From Cyanobacteria bacterium P01_D01_bin.156 (GTDB taxonomy: Bacteria > Cyanobacteriota > Cyanobacteriia > Phormidesmidales > Phormidesmidaceae): a DNA stretch of 64,000 nt. The position numbers were made by a program, and so were the translations under genes. Location of the stretch: the NCBI GenBank assembly GCA_039024555.1, contig JBCCQQ010000003.1, positions 96,001 to 160,000 on the forward strand, given 5' to 3'. Positions 21,993 through 30,913 of the stretch are shown piece by piece; position 1 is the stretch's first letter, and each line of letters starts with the position of its first letter. Under the pieces are notes generated by a model, which saw only the letters and a list, made by a program, of their open reading frames with translations, was not told the DNA's origin and made no database searches.

Positions 21993-22793
21993 ATGAGTTT
22001 TGAACAAAGTCGGCTGCGCTCCGACATGATTGGCACCCAAGTAATTACCCGTTCCACAGGCCGTCGTCTGGGCGTGGTCAGTCAGATGTGGGTCGACATA
22101 GACCGATGTGAGGTGGTTGCCCTGGGGCTACGAGATAATATTTTGTCTAAGGTTGTCTCTGGGCCTGAGCAAATCATGCTGCTAAGCAGCATTCGTCAGA
22201 TTGGGGATGTAATTTTGGTGGATGATGACAGCGTTATTGAAGATGACATCAGCGTTGCAACCTACAGCCATCTCATCAAAAGCGAAGTGATTACCGAGTC
22301 TGGAGAAGGCCTGGGTCGCGTGCGTGGGTTTAAATTTGATGTCGTCAGCGGCAAGCTGCAGTCCATCGTGATTGCAGCGATGGGGCTTCCCCAAATTCCA
22401 GATCAGGTCCTCAGTTCCTATGAACTGCCAGTTGAAGAAATCGTTAGCACTGGCCCGGATCGAATTATCGTCTTCGAAGGCTCCGAAGAAAAGCTCAAGC
22501 AAATCAGCGTCGGCTTGCTAGAACGTCTAGGATTGGGATCTGCTCCTTGGGAGCGGGAAGACGATGGCTATATCATGCCGACATCTGCGAGTAATCAGCT
22601 GCCATCAGGCATTAAGCAATCTGCCCCCGCCGTGCGTCGAGAAGCGGCCCCTCCTCAACGGTTAGAGCTAGAACAACCCACTCGCCCACCTGCTGTAGAA
22701 CAACCCGTACCTGAAGAGGAACCCTATCAGGCTAAGCCTCTCAACATTCCACAAAAGAAAAAAGTGATGGAGTACGAGGAAGAAGACTTCTAA
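21993..22793 (+). CDS. Tandem PRC-barrel domain protein
   Basis: Two PRC-barrel repeats (GTQVITRSTGRRLGVV; SEVITESGEGLGRV). Confidence 0.85.
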   Translation: MSFEQSRLRSDMIGTQVITRSTGRRLGVVSQMWVDIDRCEVVALGLRDNILSKVVSGPEQIMLLSSIRQIGDVILVDDDSVIEDDISVATYSHLIKSEVITESGEGLGRVRGFKFDVVSGKLQSIVIAAMGLPQIPDQVLSSYELPVEEIVSTGPDRIIVFEGSEEKLKQISVGLLERLGLGSAPWEREDDGYIMPTSASNQLPSGIKQSAPAVRREAAPPQRLELEQPTRPPAVEQPVPEEEPYQAKPLNIPQKKKVMEYEEEDF

Positions 22794-22959
22794 ACTTTGA
22801 AAGGTTTTGTCATGCGCAATATTGCCATTCTTGAAAGAACCCTATAAGGTATGCGTGGCACGGTTGCCGTTCTACATCAGAGCCTGGGAAAAGTTGTTCG
22901 TTTTCCTAGCGACTAGCTCCAGACGTAGATGAAATGTATTGTTCTGGTATTTTGCATTC

Positions 22960-23718
22960 ATGGTAGTTTCTGCTTTGCCTGTTCTTCCTCCGCTGCAAAA
23001 GCTATTTGTTATGGGCTTACCGGTACACCACAGTGCCGACTATGTAGGCTGGTTACTCAAAACATTGAGAACCGGTCACGGTGGCCACGTGGTCACCATC
23101 AATGCAGAAATGTGCGTCCAGGCTGAAACAAACCCTAAGCTGAACCACATTATTCAAAATGCCACACTGATCATTCCTGATGGGGCAGGTGTGCAGCTCT
23201 ATTTTCAATGGGTACAGCATAAACGGGTGCGCCGCTATCCAGGCATTGAGTTTTCTGTGGATGTGTTATCGCAACTCACAGCCGCAGAACCAGTGGTTTT
23301 CTATGGGGGAGCTCCAGAATTAGCAACCGCAGCAGCTGCAAATTGGCAGAAAAAATTTCCTGAATTGAATGTTGCGATCGCTCAGCACGGTTATCTTTCT
23401 GATGCTGAGCAACAAGCTTTTCAGAAAGACCTTGAGGCGCTCCAGCCCAGCGTTATCTTTGTCGGTCTAGGGGTGCCACGCCAGGAAATGTGGATCGCCA
23501 AGCACCGACATCTATGCCCCCAGGCGATATGGATAGGTGTCGGTGGCAGCTTTGATATTTGGGCTGGAAAAAAAGAGCGTGCCCCCCGTTGGATGTGTAA
23601 CAACAACCTAGAGTGGCTTTATCGACTATATCAAGAGCCCTGGCGGTGGCGACGCATGCTGGCCTTACCAAAATTTGTGTGGCGTTCTATTGGGCACGAC
23701 TTAGGTTGGCACCGCTAG
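22960..23718 (+). CDS. WecB/TagA/CpsF glycosyltransferase
   Basis: VVTINAEM, IPDGAG, VGLGVPRQE, GVGGSFD, RAP...LEWLYRL...EPWRWRR. Confidence 0.9.
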   Translation: MVVSALPVLPPLQKLFVMGLPVHHSADYVGWLLKTLRTGHGGHVVTINAEMCVQAETNPKLNHIIQNATLIIPDGAGVQLYFQWVQHKRVRRYPGIEFSVDVLSQLTAAEPVVFYGGAPELATAAAANWQKKFPELNVAIAQHGYLSDAEQQAFQKDLEALQPSVIFVGLGVPRQEMWIAKHRHLCPQAIWIGVGGSFDIWAGKKERAPRWMCNNNLEWLYRLYQEPWRWRRMLALPKFVWRSIGHDLGWHR

Positions 23719-23983
23719 AGATATACCTTTCCTTTATTTACCGTTGCCAATGTCGAGGATAAAACGCTCCGTATGAGCTCACAAGGTTCAGAATTTGAAG
23801 ACTCAAACCATTTCGAGCATCAGCAACGACCATTTTTTGTTCCTCAAGTAAAGATTCAGACAAATCACCCATCAAAATTTGTCAAATCGCTGGACATTTC
23901 TCCTATTGCATATATCCTTGTATAGACAAAAATATTTTGTGATTTTTTAGATAGCTTTGTCTATCCTCACATTGTGATCTTCT

Positions 23984-24814
23984 ATGACATCTACTGTGAC
24001 TTCGCAAAAGGCTCGCTCCTCTCGCCGCCAAACCGCTACAGCCAGACGTGCAAATAGGCGTGGGTCGGTCAATGCTGCGGTTGCAACAGAACATTCATCA
24101 TCAAGCAAAAACCAAAACACCTCTTCTCAATCATCCAGTGCAGCAGCGCCTCTGGTCACACTGACAGATGTTACCAAAACCTATGAAAATGGCAGTAAAG
24201 CCCTACGCAACGTTGACCTAAAGGTCAAACAGGGAGATTTTCTCTTTATCACAGGGCCATCAGGAGCTGGCAAGTCTACATTGCTCAAGCTACTGTACGG
24301 CCAAGAGCGGGTAACCTCAGGGGAAATTAGTGTTGATAATCAGAACCTGTCTAAGCTTAGGGGAAATCGTCTGGCGATGCTTCGTCGACGCATTGGCATC
24401 GTTTTTCAAGACTATAAGCTAATTCCTCGACGGACAGTTGCCGAAAATGTATCCTTTGTCTTGTGGGCTCAGGGATTCAACCGTAGAGAGATCAATCGAC
24501 GCCTACGCCCCACACTGCGGATGGTAGGGTTACAGCACAAGTCCAATTGTTTTCCTGACCAGCTCTCCGGTGGAGAACAACAGCGAGTCAGTATTGCCCG
24601 TGCGGTTGTAGGGACACCTCCACTCTTACTCGCCGATGAGCCAACGGGTAACTTGGATAGTGATAACTCGCGTCAGGTCATCAAAATTTTAGAGAAGCTG
24701 AACTCCATTGGTATCACAGTGATCGTGACCACCCACGATGAACAGCTGGTGCGTACATCAAACCACCCTGTCGTACAAATTCAGGGCGGGCGGTTAACTT
24801 ATATCAGACGTTAG
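23984..24814 (+). CDS. ftsE: Cell division ATP-binding protein FtsE
   Basis: [46 protein letters not shown]. Confidence 0.88.
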   Translation: MTSTVTSQKARSSRRQTATARRANRRGSVNAAVATEHSSSSKNQNTSSQSSSAAAPLVTLTDVTKTYENGSKALRNVDLKVKQGDFLFITGPSGAGKSTLLKLLYGQERVTSGEISVDNQNLSKLRGNRLAMLRRRIGIVFQDYKLIPRRTVAENVSFVLWAQGFNRREINRRLRPTLRMVGLQHKSNCFPDQLSGGEQQRVSIARAVVGTPPLLLADEPTGNLDSDNSRQVIKILEKLNSIGITVIVTTHDEQLVRTSNHPVVQIQGGRLTYIRR

Positions 24815-24820
24815 ACTCTG

Positions 24821-25216
24821 TCAGAGAGCTCGAAATCGACTGTCAGTTTTAACCACTGTCTCCACAAAGTCACAGGTCCACGTAATCCAAGCACTGTTAA
24901 TCGTTGGACTTTCCTGGGGCAAAGAGCGTTTGAGCAGAAGTACAACAAATCCCTGGCCCGTTGGCAAAACCACAATGTTCCCTGACTTGGTACGTATTAC
25001 AGCGTGATCTAAGCTAGGCAAATTCATTTCGGCAGATAAAAGCTGCTGCAGCCCCAACGATTGGAAAGCAAGTTGAATCCAGCTTGTGTCTTCATCATCG
25101 GTCGTCCCAAAATATTCAATGGGGAAACCCTGTGTATCAAAAATCGCTACACCCAAAATTTGCTCAATGGTTGGTAAATGATCCGCTCGAAACGATCGAG
25201 TATTTGAGGTAGACAC
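24821..25216 (-). CDS. Hypothetical protein, possible Roadblock/LC7-like fold
   Basis: ILGVAIFDTQGFPI, then a helix and short beta strands (HAVIRTKSGNIVVL, FVVLL). Confidence 0.5.
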   Translation of the reverse strand: MSTSNTRSFRADHLPTIEQILGVAIFDTQGFPIEYFGTTDDEDTSWIQLAFQSLGLQQLLSAEMNLPSLDHAVIRTKSGNIVVLPTGQGFVVLLLKRSLPQESPTINSAWITWTCDFVETVVKTDSRFRAL

Positions 25217-25244
25217 CGAGGCAATAAAACTGCTAGCAGGTAGC

Positions 25245-25877
25245 TCAATGGGTAATCTTTAATTTCCAAACCAGGCTGGATACCATGTTAGTGAATACAT
25301 GGGCAACCACGGGAACAAGTAAATTTCCAGTTATCAAAGCACTCCCGCCCAGTAACACACCCACACAAGTAGCCCATAACATATATGGCCACTGCCGTAG
25401 GTCACTCATATGCAGTAAACCAAAACAAAGACTGGATATAGCCAACGCTAGCCAGCTTGCGCCCAAAGCTGGCAGCATTACACCACGAAATAGAAACTCT
25501 TCACTAATTCCTGGTAGTAACCCCAGCCACAAGACATCGGGTAAAACTAATGGCGTCAAAATATAGTCTAGATAGACATTGGCACTACGACGATAGGTGC
25601 CCCAGCATTTATACAGCACACCACTCACAAGCGTGATGCCAACTCCAAGCAAAATACCGAGACCAACAGCATGCAGACCAAACTGACTGGATAATTGCTG
25701 TACAGCCCCCAACAGCAACCATAAACGCGCAATGATAAATAAGACAAGAGCCGTCGCTGCGATCGCAACCAGCACCTGGATGCGCGTTAAAGACTGCATG
25801 CTGGGAGTAGGCGGAGCAGGCTGATTCAAGGAAAAAATCGGCTGTTGAAGAGTGCCGGATAAACTGGGCTGTACCAT
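25245..25877 (-). CDS. CPBP (CAAX/Abi-family) intramembrane metalloprotease
   Basis: SEEFLFRG, FGLLH, AHVFTN motifs. Confidence 0.9.
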   Translation of the reverse strand: MVQPSLSGTLQQPIFSLNQPAPPTPSMQSLTRIQVLVAIAATALVLFIIARLWLLLGAVQQLSSQFGLHAVGLGILLGVGITLVSGVLYKCWGTYRRSANVYLDYILTPLVLPDVLWLGLLPGISEEFLFRGVMLPALGASWLALAISSLCFGLLHMSDLRQWPYMLWATCVGVLLGGSALITGNLLVPVVAHVFTNMVSSLVWKLKITH

Positions 25878-26485
25878 CTTACGCTGTTCATGGTCTTACG
25901 ACTATGAGTATATCCAGCATCCAAAAATATTTTTTGTTACATCTACACTATCCGTGAAACCGACACAATAAACTGTCCACTCACCTGAAACAGTCTGACA
26001 GCTAGTTGGGTAGCATACGCCTTTAACTTAGAAAAGCAGACTACTGAATTTTCACCAAGTTATTTTATACATCTATCGATCATATCAAAACAATCAATTA
26101 TCTTGGAAGAAAATGCACTTAATTAAAATTTTCTTGAATACCCCTTTTTAAATTATTCAGTCCTAAAAAATAGTTTTTGAACGATAGCTTATAAACGCTC
26201 AACCCTTCTCTTACCAAAGAATTAAATAAGCGACAAAAGCTGTTTAATTGATTCAAATCACATCGCATCACTACTTCAAAATAGATAAGCAAGTGACATA
26301 ACATCTAAACAATAAACATTGAAAGAAACAATTAAATTAAATGTTAAATTCCCTTCAATAATGGGATTCATTTAAATAATCAAATGATCTTCACTTTGAA
26401 GCTGATGTATGTCAGCTAACTAAAGAGGTATCCATCAAGAATCATCTACCTCAAGTTTCTATCACTCGCACATAAGCACCAACCT

Positions 26486-26767
26486 ATGGGAAAGCCCTTC
26501 GACATACCTGCTCCAGAAAATACCGTCAACATTTATGAATGTGAGGTGCGGTTAAAATTTCGCATCATTGAGGAAAAACTTGAGATGGATGGCCGCGATG
26601 GCGGTGCATTACTAGAATCTTTAGTGGATGCCTATACCTATGGTGATGATGAGTATTTTGAGTCCTTAGATTCTCAAGTCAATGTACAGGAGGTTCAAGC
26701 TCTAGAAGCTTCACCCGCCATGCGACGACAGCTGATTCGGTTACGCAACTGCGAGCGGTGGGATTGA
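26486..26767 (+). CDS. Npun_R1517-family protein
   Basis: YECEVRLKFRIIEEK...ASPAMRRQLIRLRN signature. Confidence 0.75.
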   Translation: MGKPFDIPAPENTVNIYECEVRLKFRIIEEKLEMDGRDGGALLESLVDAYTYGDDEYFESLDSQVNVQEVQALEASPAMRRQLIRLRNCERWD

Positions 26768-26851
26768 ACTCCCAGTGAGCCTATATCAGTGTGCCGTCTT
26801 CAGCACAGCAGTCCATGAATCAAAGCTGCTAAAAAAAGTACGACTAGAGGT

Positions 26852-26881
26852 TTGACATAAATTCCCTCGAATTTGTATATT
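26852..26881 (+). promoter_or_regulatory. Sigma70-type promoter of tRNA-Glu
   Basis: TTGACA-N18-TATATT, 35 bp upstream of the tRNA. Confidence 0.65.
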
Positions 26882-26916
26882 TATAAAGGCCAAGGCGGTC
26901 ACGCTAAAGCACATGC

Positions 26917-26989
26917 GCCCCCATCGTCTAGAGGCCTAGGACACCTCCCTTTCACGGAGGCGACGGGGATTCGAATTCCCCTGGGGGTA
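26917..26989 (+). tRNA. trnE: tRNA-Glu (TTC)
   Basis: GCCCCCATCGTCTAGAGGCCTAGGACACCTCCCTTTCACGGAGG...TTCGAATTCCCCTGGGGGTA; 73-nt cloverleaf; CCA not encoded. Confidence 0.97.
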
Positions 26990-26992
26990 TGT

Positions 26993-27036
26993 AAGTAAAA
27001 AGGACTGAAGGTAAGTGCCTCCAGTCCTTTTTACTT
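26993..27036. terminator. Intrinsic terminator after tRNA-Glu
   Basis: AAGTAAAAAGGACTG / CAGTCCTTTTTACTT inverted repeat. Confidence 0.8.
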
Positions 27037-27082
27037 TTCAAGCTTTAGACACTGATTTTTACTGAAGCCGCTACTCTTTTCT

Positions 27083-27283
27083 ATGGCAGTCAGAATTGCT
27101 CCAATGATCAAGCTCGAATTAAATGAGTCCGAATTACAGCGATTGATTGATGCACTGACTATTGCCTGTGATGCTTACAGTGCAAGAGGCAAAGATATTC
27201 AGTCAATTCCATATGAGCTATTGCGCGACAAATTGGAAGCTGCTCTAAACCCTGATTCCGATGAATATGACTATTACGATTAG
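27083..27283 (+). CDS. Small hypothetical protein
   Basis: 66-aa helical ORF (IKLELNESELQRLIDAL...) with acidic tail. Confidence 0.55.
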   Translation: MAVRIAPMIKLELNESELQRLIDALTIACDAYSARGKDIQSIPYELLRDKLEAALNPDSDEYDYYD

Positions 27284-27471
27284 GTAGTCTGCCACAGCGT
27301 AAAATGCGGTGGGTAAGAGGAAAGCTATTTGTGATCAAGATCACTTGGTATACTCAGCTACACTCAGAAATCCTTTAAGTCATCTTCAGGCAAAGGTCAG
27401 ATAAAGTTCAGATGTTCTCGGCATTCTTATCGGTAATCAAGGTCATGCATTGATTGCTTTGGAGCCTAATC

Positions 27472-27879
27472 ATGAAAAACACACTTCTTACTGCTTTAAC
27501 TGTTCTTGTTGCCTCGGCTGCTATTGCCCCCATTGCTTCCGCCGCTGAACTTAGTAGTATTACTATTCAAGAAGCTCGTCTCGAAGCACTGGATAACCGG
27601 ACCAAAAACAGTGTTCATAAGCTACGTGTTGAACACCTGAACAACCAAACCAAAGAGATTAAGGATATCCAGACAGCTCGCCTAGCTAGGCTAGACTCTC
27701 GTACCAAAGCTATTGAGGATATTCAAGCTGAGCGTTTAAACGCGCTCGATATTCGTACTAAAAACAATGTTCACAAGCTACGCCGCGAGCATTTGAACAA
27801 TCAAACTAAAGCAATTGAAAATATTCAAGCTACTCGTTTGGATGCTCTAGATGCTCGGACGAAGTCTGTTGTTCGCTAA
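27472..27879 (+). CDS. Secreted tandem-repeat protein
   Basis: GGAG SD; Sec signal peptide (MKNTLL...ASA); six 16-18 aa repeats, each ending in TK. Confidence 0.8.
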   Translation: MKNTLLTALTVLVASAAIAPIASAAELSSITIQEARLEALDNRTKNSVHKLRVEHLNNQTKEIKDIQTARLARLDSRTKAIEDIQAERLNALDIRTKNNVHKLRREHLNNQTKAIENIQATRLDALDARTKSVVR

Positions 27880-28012
27880 AGACACAAGCTTGAGTTCAGG
27901 TTTGGGTGCCTTTTGCTATTGCCGTTAGATTGCCGTTAGTCGGTGCAATTCCATTCCCAGGGCACCCTTCCCTCTTCGCTTCAAGTGTCCGGGTTTTCTC
28001 TTCATACATAGT

Positions 28013-28045
28013 CAAGCATCTAACCAAGGGCTAGATGCTTGTTTT
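28013..28045 (+). terminator. Intrinsic terminator
   Basis: CAAGCATCTA / TAGATGCTTG followed by TTTT. Confidence 0.7.
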
Positions 28046-28207
28046 CATTGGTTATAGATCCTAAGAACAACCACATCGAAGATTCTGTTATCGGGAAGCT
28101 GTCGTAGAGACCTGTTTAGCCAGTGAGTCCAACTACTTGCAAACGAGCAGTCCAGGAGTTCTCACATAGCCATTTTTTTCTTCCTAGTCCAGACTATCGG
28201 ATTATTT

Positions 28208-29098
28208 TTACATCATCACAGTTTTGAGAACCCATCCCCTGATTAAAGGATTCACTAATTCAGGGCGATCATCATGGGGACAATGACCCGCTTCTAAGAA
28301 GTGTTCTTCAATATCGCTGTAATACTTTCTAAATAACTTACTGCGTTCCTCACAGTTCATCCAAGGGTCCTTGGTTCCCCACAACAGTAACAACGGTCGC
28401 TCCAACTGTGACAACAACACATCAACTCGCTCACCTCGTGGAGCCTTAAACAATGCAGCAAATGCAGCTGGTGCTTCGGGTTCAGTTGCTGGACGAAAAA
28501 TGTTTTCAATCAGCTCCTCAGTAACTGCATCCTGATTCACATAAACCTGCTTTAGTGTTTTACGAATGTAAGACTTCTTTTTTACAAACTGGAAAACAAA
28601 CCAGCTAGGAATTGGGCTCAGAATAATCGTCTTAATCAGCTCACCAATCGTCTTCTTGAGCGGACTCGGTTCCTGAGTTGGCATCTGTTCCTTGAATGAA
28701 CCTACACCATTGAGCAGCACCGCCCCCTTCACCCACTGGGGCCGAGTCGCTGCTGTGAATAAGCAACTGTAGCCACCGATAGAGTTACCTGCAATCACTG
28801 CTGGACGACCCATCACCTGCTCAATAAAGTCACTGAGCTGGTCACGCCACAAATCAGAACTGTAGCCACTGGAAGGCTTAGACGACCGACCAAAACCAAT
28901 TAAGTCGATGGCCCACACCTCAAAGTCCTGCTGTAGTTCAGCAATATTTTTGGACCAATGGTCGGTAGATGCACCAAACCCATGGACCATCAGCAACGGT
29001 GGCCGATCGATGCGTGGCTCACCCGCACGGACGTAGTAAACGGTAAAGTCACGCCAAATCCAAGTATTACCAATAGCGGGGGCAGCTGCAATGGTCAT
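28208..29098 (-). CDS. Alpha/beta-fold hydrolase
   Basis: VHGFGAS, DLIGFGRS, GNSIGG nucleophile, WGTKDPW, AGHCPHDD. Confidence 0.9.
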   Translation of the reverse strand: MTIAAAPAIGNTWIWRDFTVYYVRAGEPRIDRPPLLMVHGFGASTDHWSKNIAELQQDFEVWAIDLIGFGRSSKPSSGYSSDLWRDQLSDFIEQVMGRPAVIAGNSIGGYSCLFTAATRPQWVKGAVLLNGVGSFKEQMPTQEPSPLKKTIGELIKTIILSPIPSWFVFQFVKKKSYIRKTLKQVYVNQDAVTEELIENIFRPATEPEAPAAFAALFKAPRGERVDVLLSQLERPLLLLWGTKDPWMNCEERSKLFRKYYSDIEEHFLEAGHCPHDDRPELVNPLIRGWVLKTVMM

Positions 29099-29285
29099 GG
29101 TGAAAGAAAAGTTACAGATAAAGGTAGCGCCTTGTGCATACCCAGAGCATTTGTTAAGTAATATTTCGTTACTTGTTTAAGTCTATCGTGGGTTACACAT
29201 CCTTGCTGCTGAAGGCGGCTAGTCTGGATATGGAGTTTTCACGTCTGGGTCTGCTTGGACGTGGGTGTATGTGTATTGTCCTGCT

Positions 29286-30731
29286 ATGGCTTTTTCTCGA
29301 TCTTCCCGTCGTCGGACCTTTCAGCTGTGGTTTGAACGATTAATGGTTGCGATCGCAACTGCCAACCTCATATTAGTCATCGCCGATCTCAGCTATATTC
29401 GTTTCCGTGACCTGTACCTCAAGGTCCTGCCAAAACCGACTACCTGGTACGGCGAAACCTTCAAAGGGATCGAAGAGCATCGGGTGACGGCAGCCTACCT
29501 AGCCGAGGTAGATACCCTCAAAGAAATCCTAGAAGCCGACGGCCTAGATTCACCAGCAGCTAGAGGGCAGCTTGCTACCCTACGGTCCAGCAGTGTAAAC
29601 CTGATTGATGAAAACCCATTTGCCGTAGCGAATAAGTCAGGTACCCTGGAGCGCATTAAGAAAGAAATGCGCGATCGCACCGACGAAGAAAACTCCTCTA
29701 AAGAAGCATTTCGTATCTTTTGGAGTCCAGCCTATTTAGACCAAGGCTGGTCAGAGGAACTGGACTTTTTTGAGCAGCAAATTCGACCTCGTATTGAAAC
29801 CAACTACTGGCGTGGCATTGGCTTTAATGGGCTACCCACAGACCGATTTTGGCTGATCGATACCCCCTTCATCATTCTCTTTGGATTCGAATTTTTAGTA
29901 CGCACTTATTTTCTAAGCCGCCGTCACGAGAACACCACCTGGTTCGATGCCATGCTGTGGCGCATTTACGACGTCCCCTTACTCTTACCTTTCTGGCGAT
30001 GGCTGCGGGTCATCCCCGTAGTCATCCGTTCGAACCAGGCACAGCTTTCCCACCTCGATCCCCTGCAAGGACGTATCAACCGCATTCTAATTAGTCAGTT
30101 TGCCGTGGAACTCACAGAGGTTGTCTTTCTCCGGTTAATTGACCAGATACAAAATATGATCCAGGCAGGTCAAATTAGCCGCTGGGTGTTTGAACTCACC
30201 TCAGGCAATGAGAACTATATCGACCTCAATGATGTAGATGAGGTCCAAACCATTGCCCAGCGACTCACCGATATTGTGATCGACAAGATTTTGCCAGAAA
30301 TCAAACCAGAAATTGATGCTGTCCTGAGCCACACATTCACAGGAGCTCTTGCCCAGGCACCAGCCTACCAGGGGTTAAAGATTTTGCCAGGGTTTACCAA
30401 CATTTCAGGGCAAATTACTCAACAGATTTCGGCTGAAGTATCAAAAAATCTCTACAGCAGCCTCAAACAAGCCCTCGCTGATGAAAAAGGCTCGGCTCTC
30501 ATGGGCAAATTGGTGGAGAGCTTTGGCCATCATCTGCGGGAGGAACTACAGCAGGGCAATACACTCAATGAGTTGCAGGGATTAATTAATGACTTTCTGG
30601 AAGAGGTCAAGGTCAACTATGTTGAACGCCTTGCCATGGACGATTTAGATACCCGTCGTGCTAAGACCTATCAGCTTTACAGTACAACCCAGAAGGCTCG
30701 CCCTACCCCCGCCAAATTAGTTGGGCGATAA
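29286..30731 (+). CDS. Conserved cyanobacterial membrane protein, hypothetical
   Basis: Long ORF with N-terminal and central TM segments (PFIILFGFEFL; LPFWRWLRVIP). Confidence 0.75.
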   Translation: MAFSRSSRRRTFQLWFERLMVAIATANLILVIADLSYIRFRDLYLKVLPKPTTWYGETFKGIEEHRVTAAYLAEVDTLKEILEADGLDSPAARGQLATLRSSSVNLIDENPFAVANKSGTLERIKKEMRDRTDEENSSKEAFRIFWSPAYLDQGWSEELDFFEQQIRPRIETNYWRGIGFNGLPTDRFWLIDTPFIILFGFEFLVRTYFLSRRHENTTWFDAMLWRIYDVPLLLPFWRWLRVIPVVIRSNQAQLSHLDPLQGRINRILISQFAVELTEVVFLRLIDQIQNMIQAGQISRWVFELTSGNENYIDLNDVDEVQTIAQRLTDIVIDKILPEIKPEIDAVLSHTFTGALAQAPAYQGLKILPGFTNISGQITQQISAEVSKNLYSSLKQALADEKGSALMGKLVESFGHHLREELQQGNTLNELQGLINDFLEEVKVNYVERLAMDDLDTRRAKTYQLYSTTQKARPTPAKLVGR

Positions 30732-30913
30732 TGCTGATTCAGATTAGATCAAATGCACTATATTAGGGGCATCTGCAATTTGCGTCCTTGAGAAGAACTT
30801 AGCAGCACTACTGGCTTTGTAAATGGCCAGTATTAAGCTTACCGCTGCCCCCCTTGCCATTTTAGAGATTTGACTTAATCTAAAAACGTACTTTTTCTAC
30901 TTATCCGTCTGCT

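Noticed and set aside
23984..24814. ftsE without adjacent ftsX
   Set aside because: Split ftsE/ftsX is common in cyanobacteria
25245..25877. Abi-family protein as an abortive-infection gene
   Set aside because: It is a CPBP membrane protease in a housekeeping context; the family name does not imply defence
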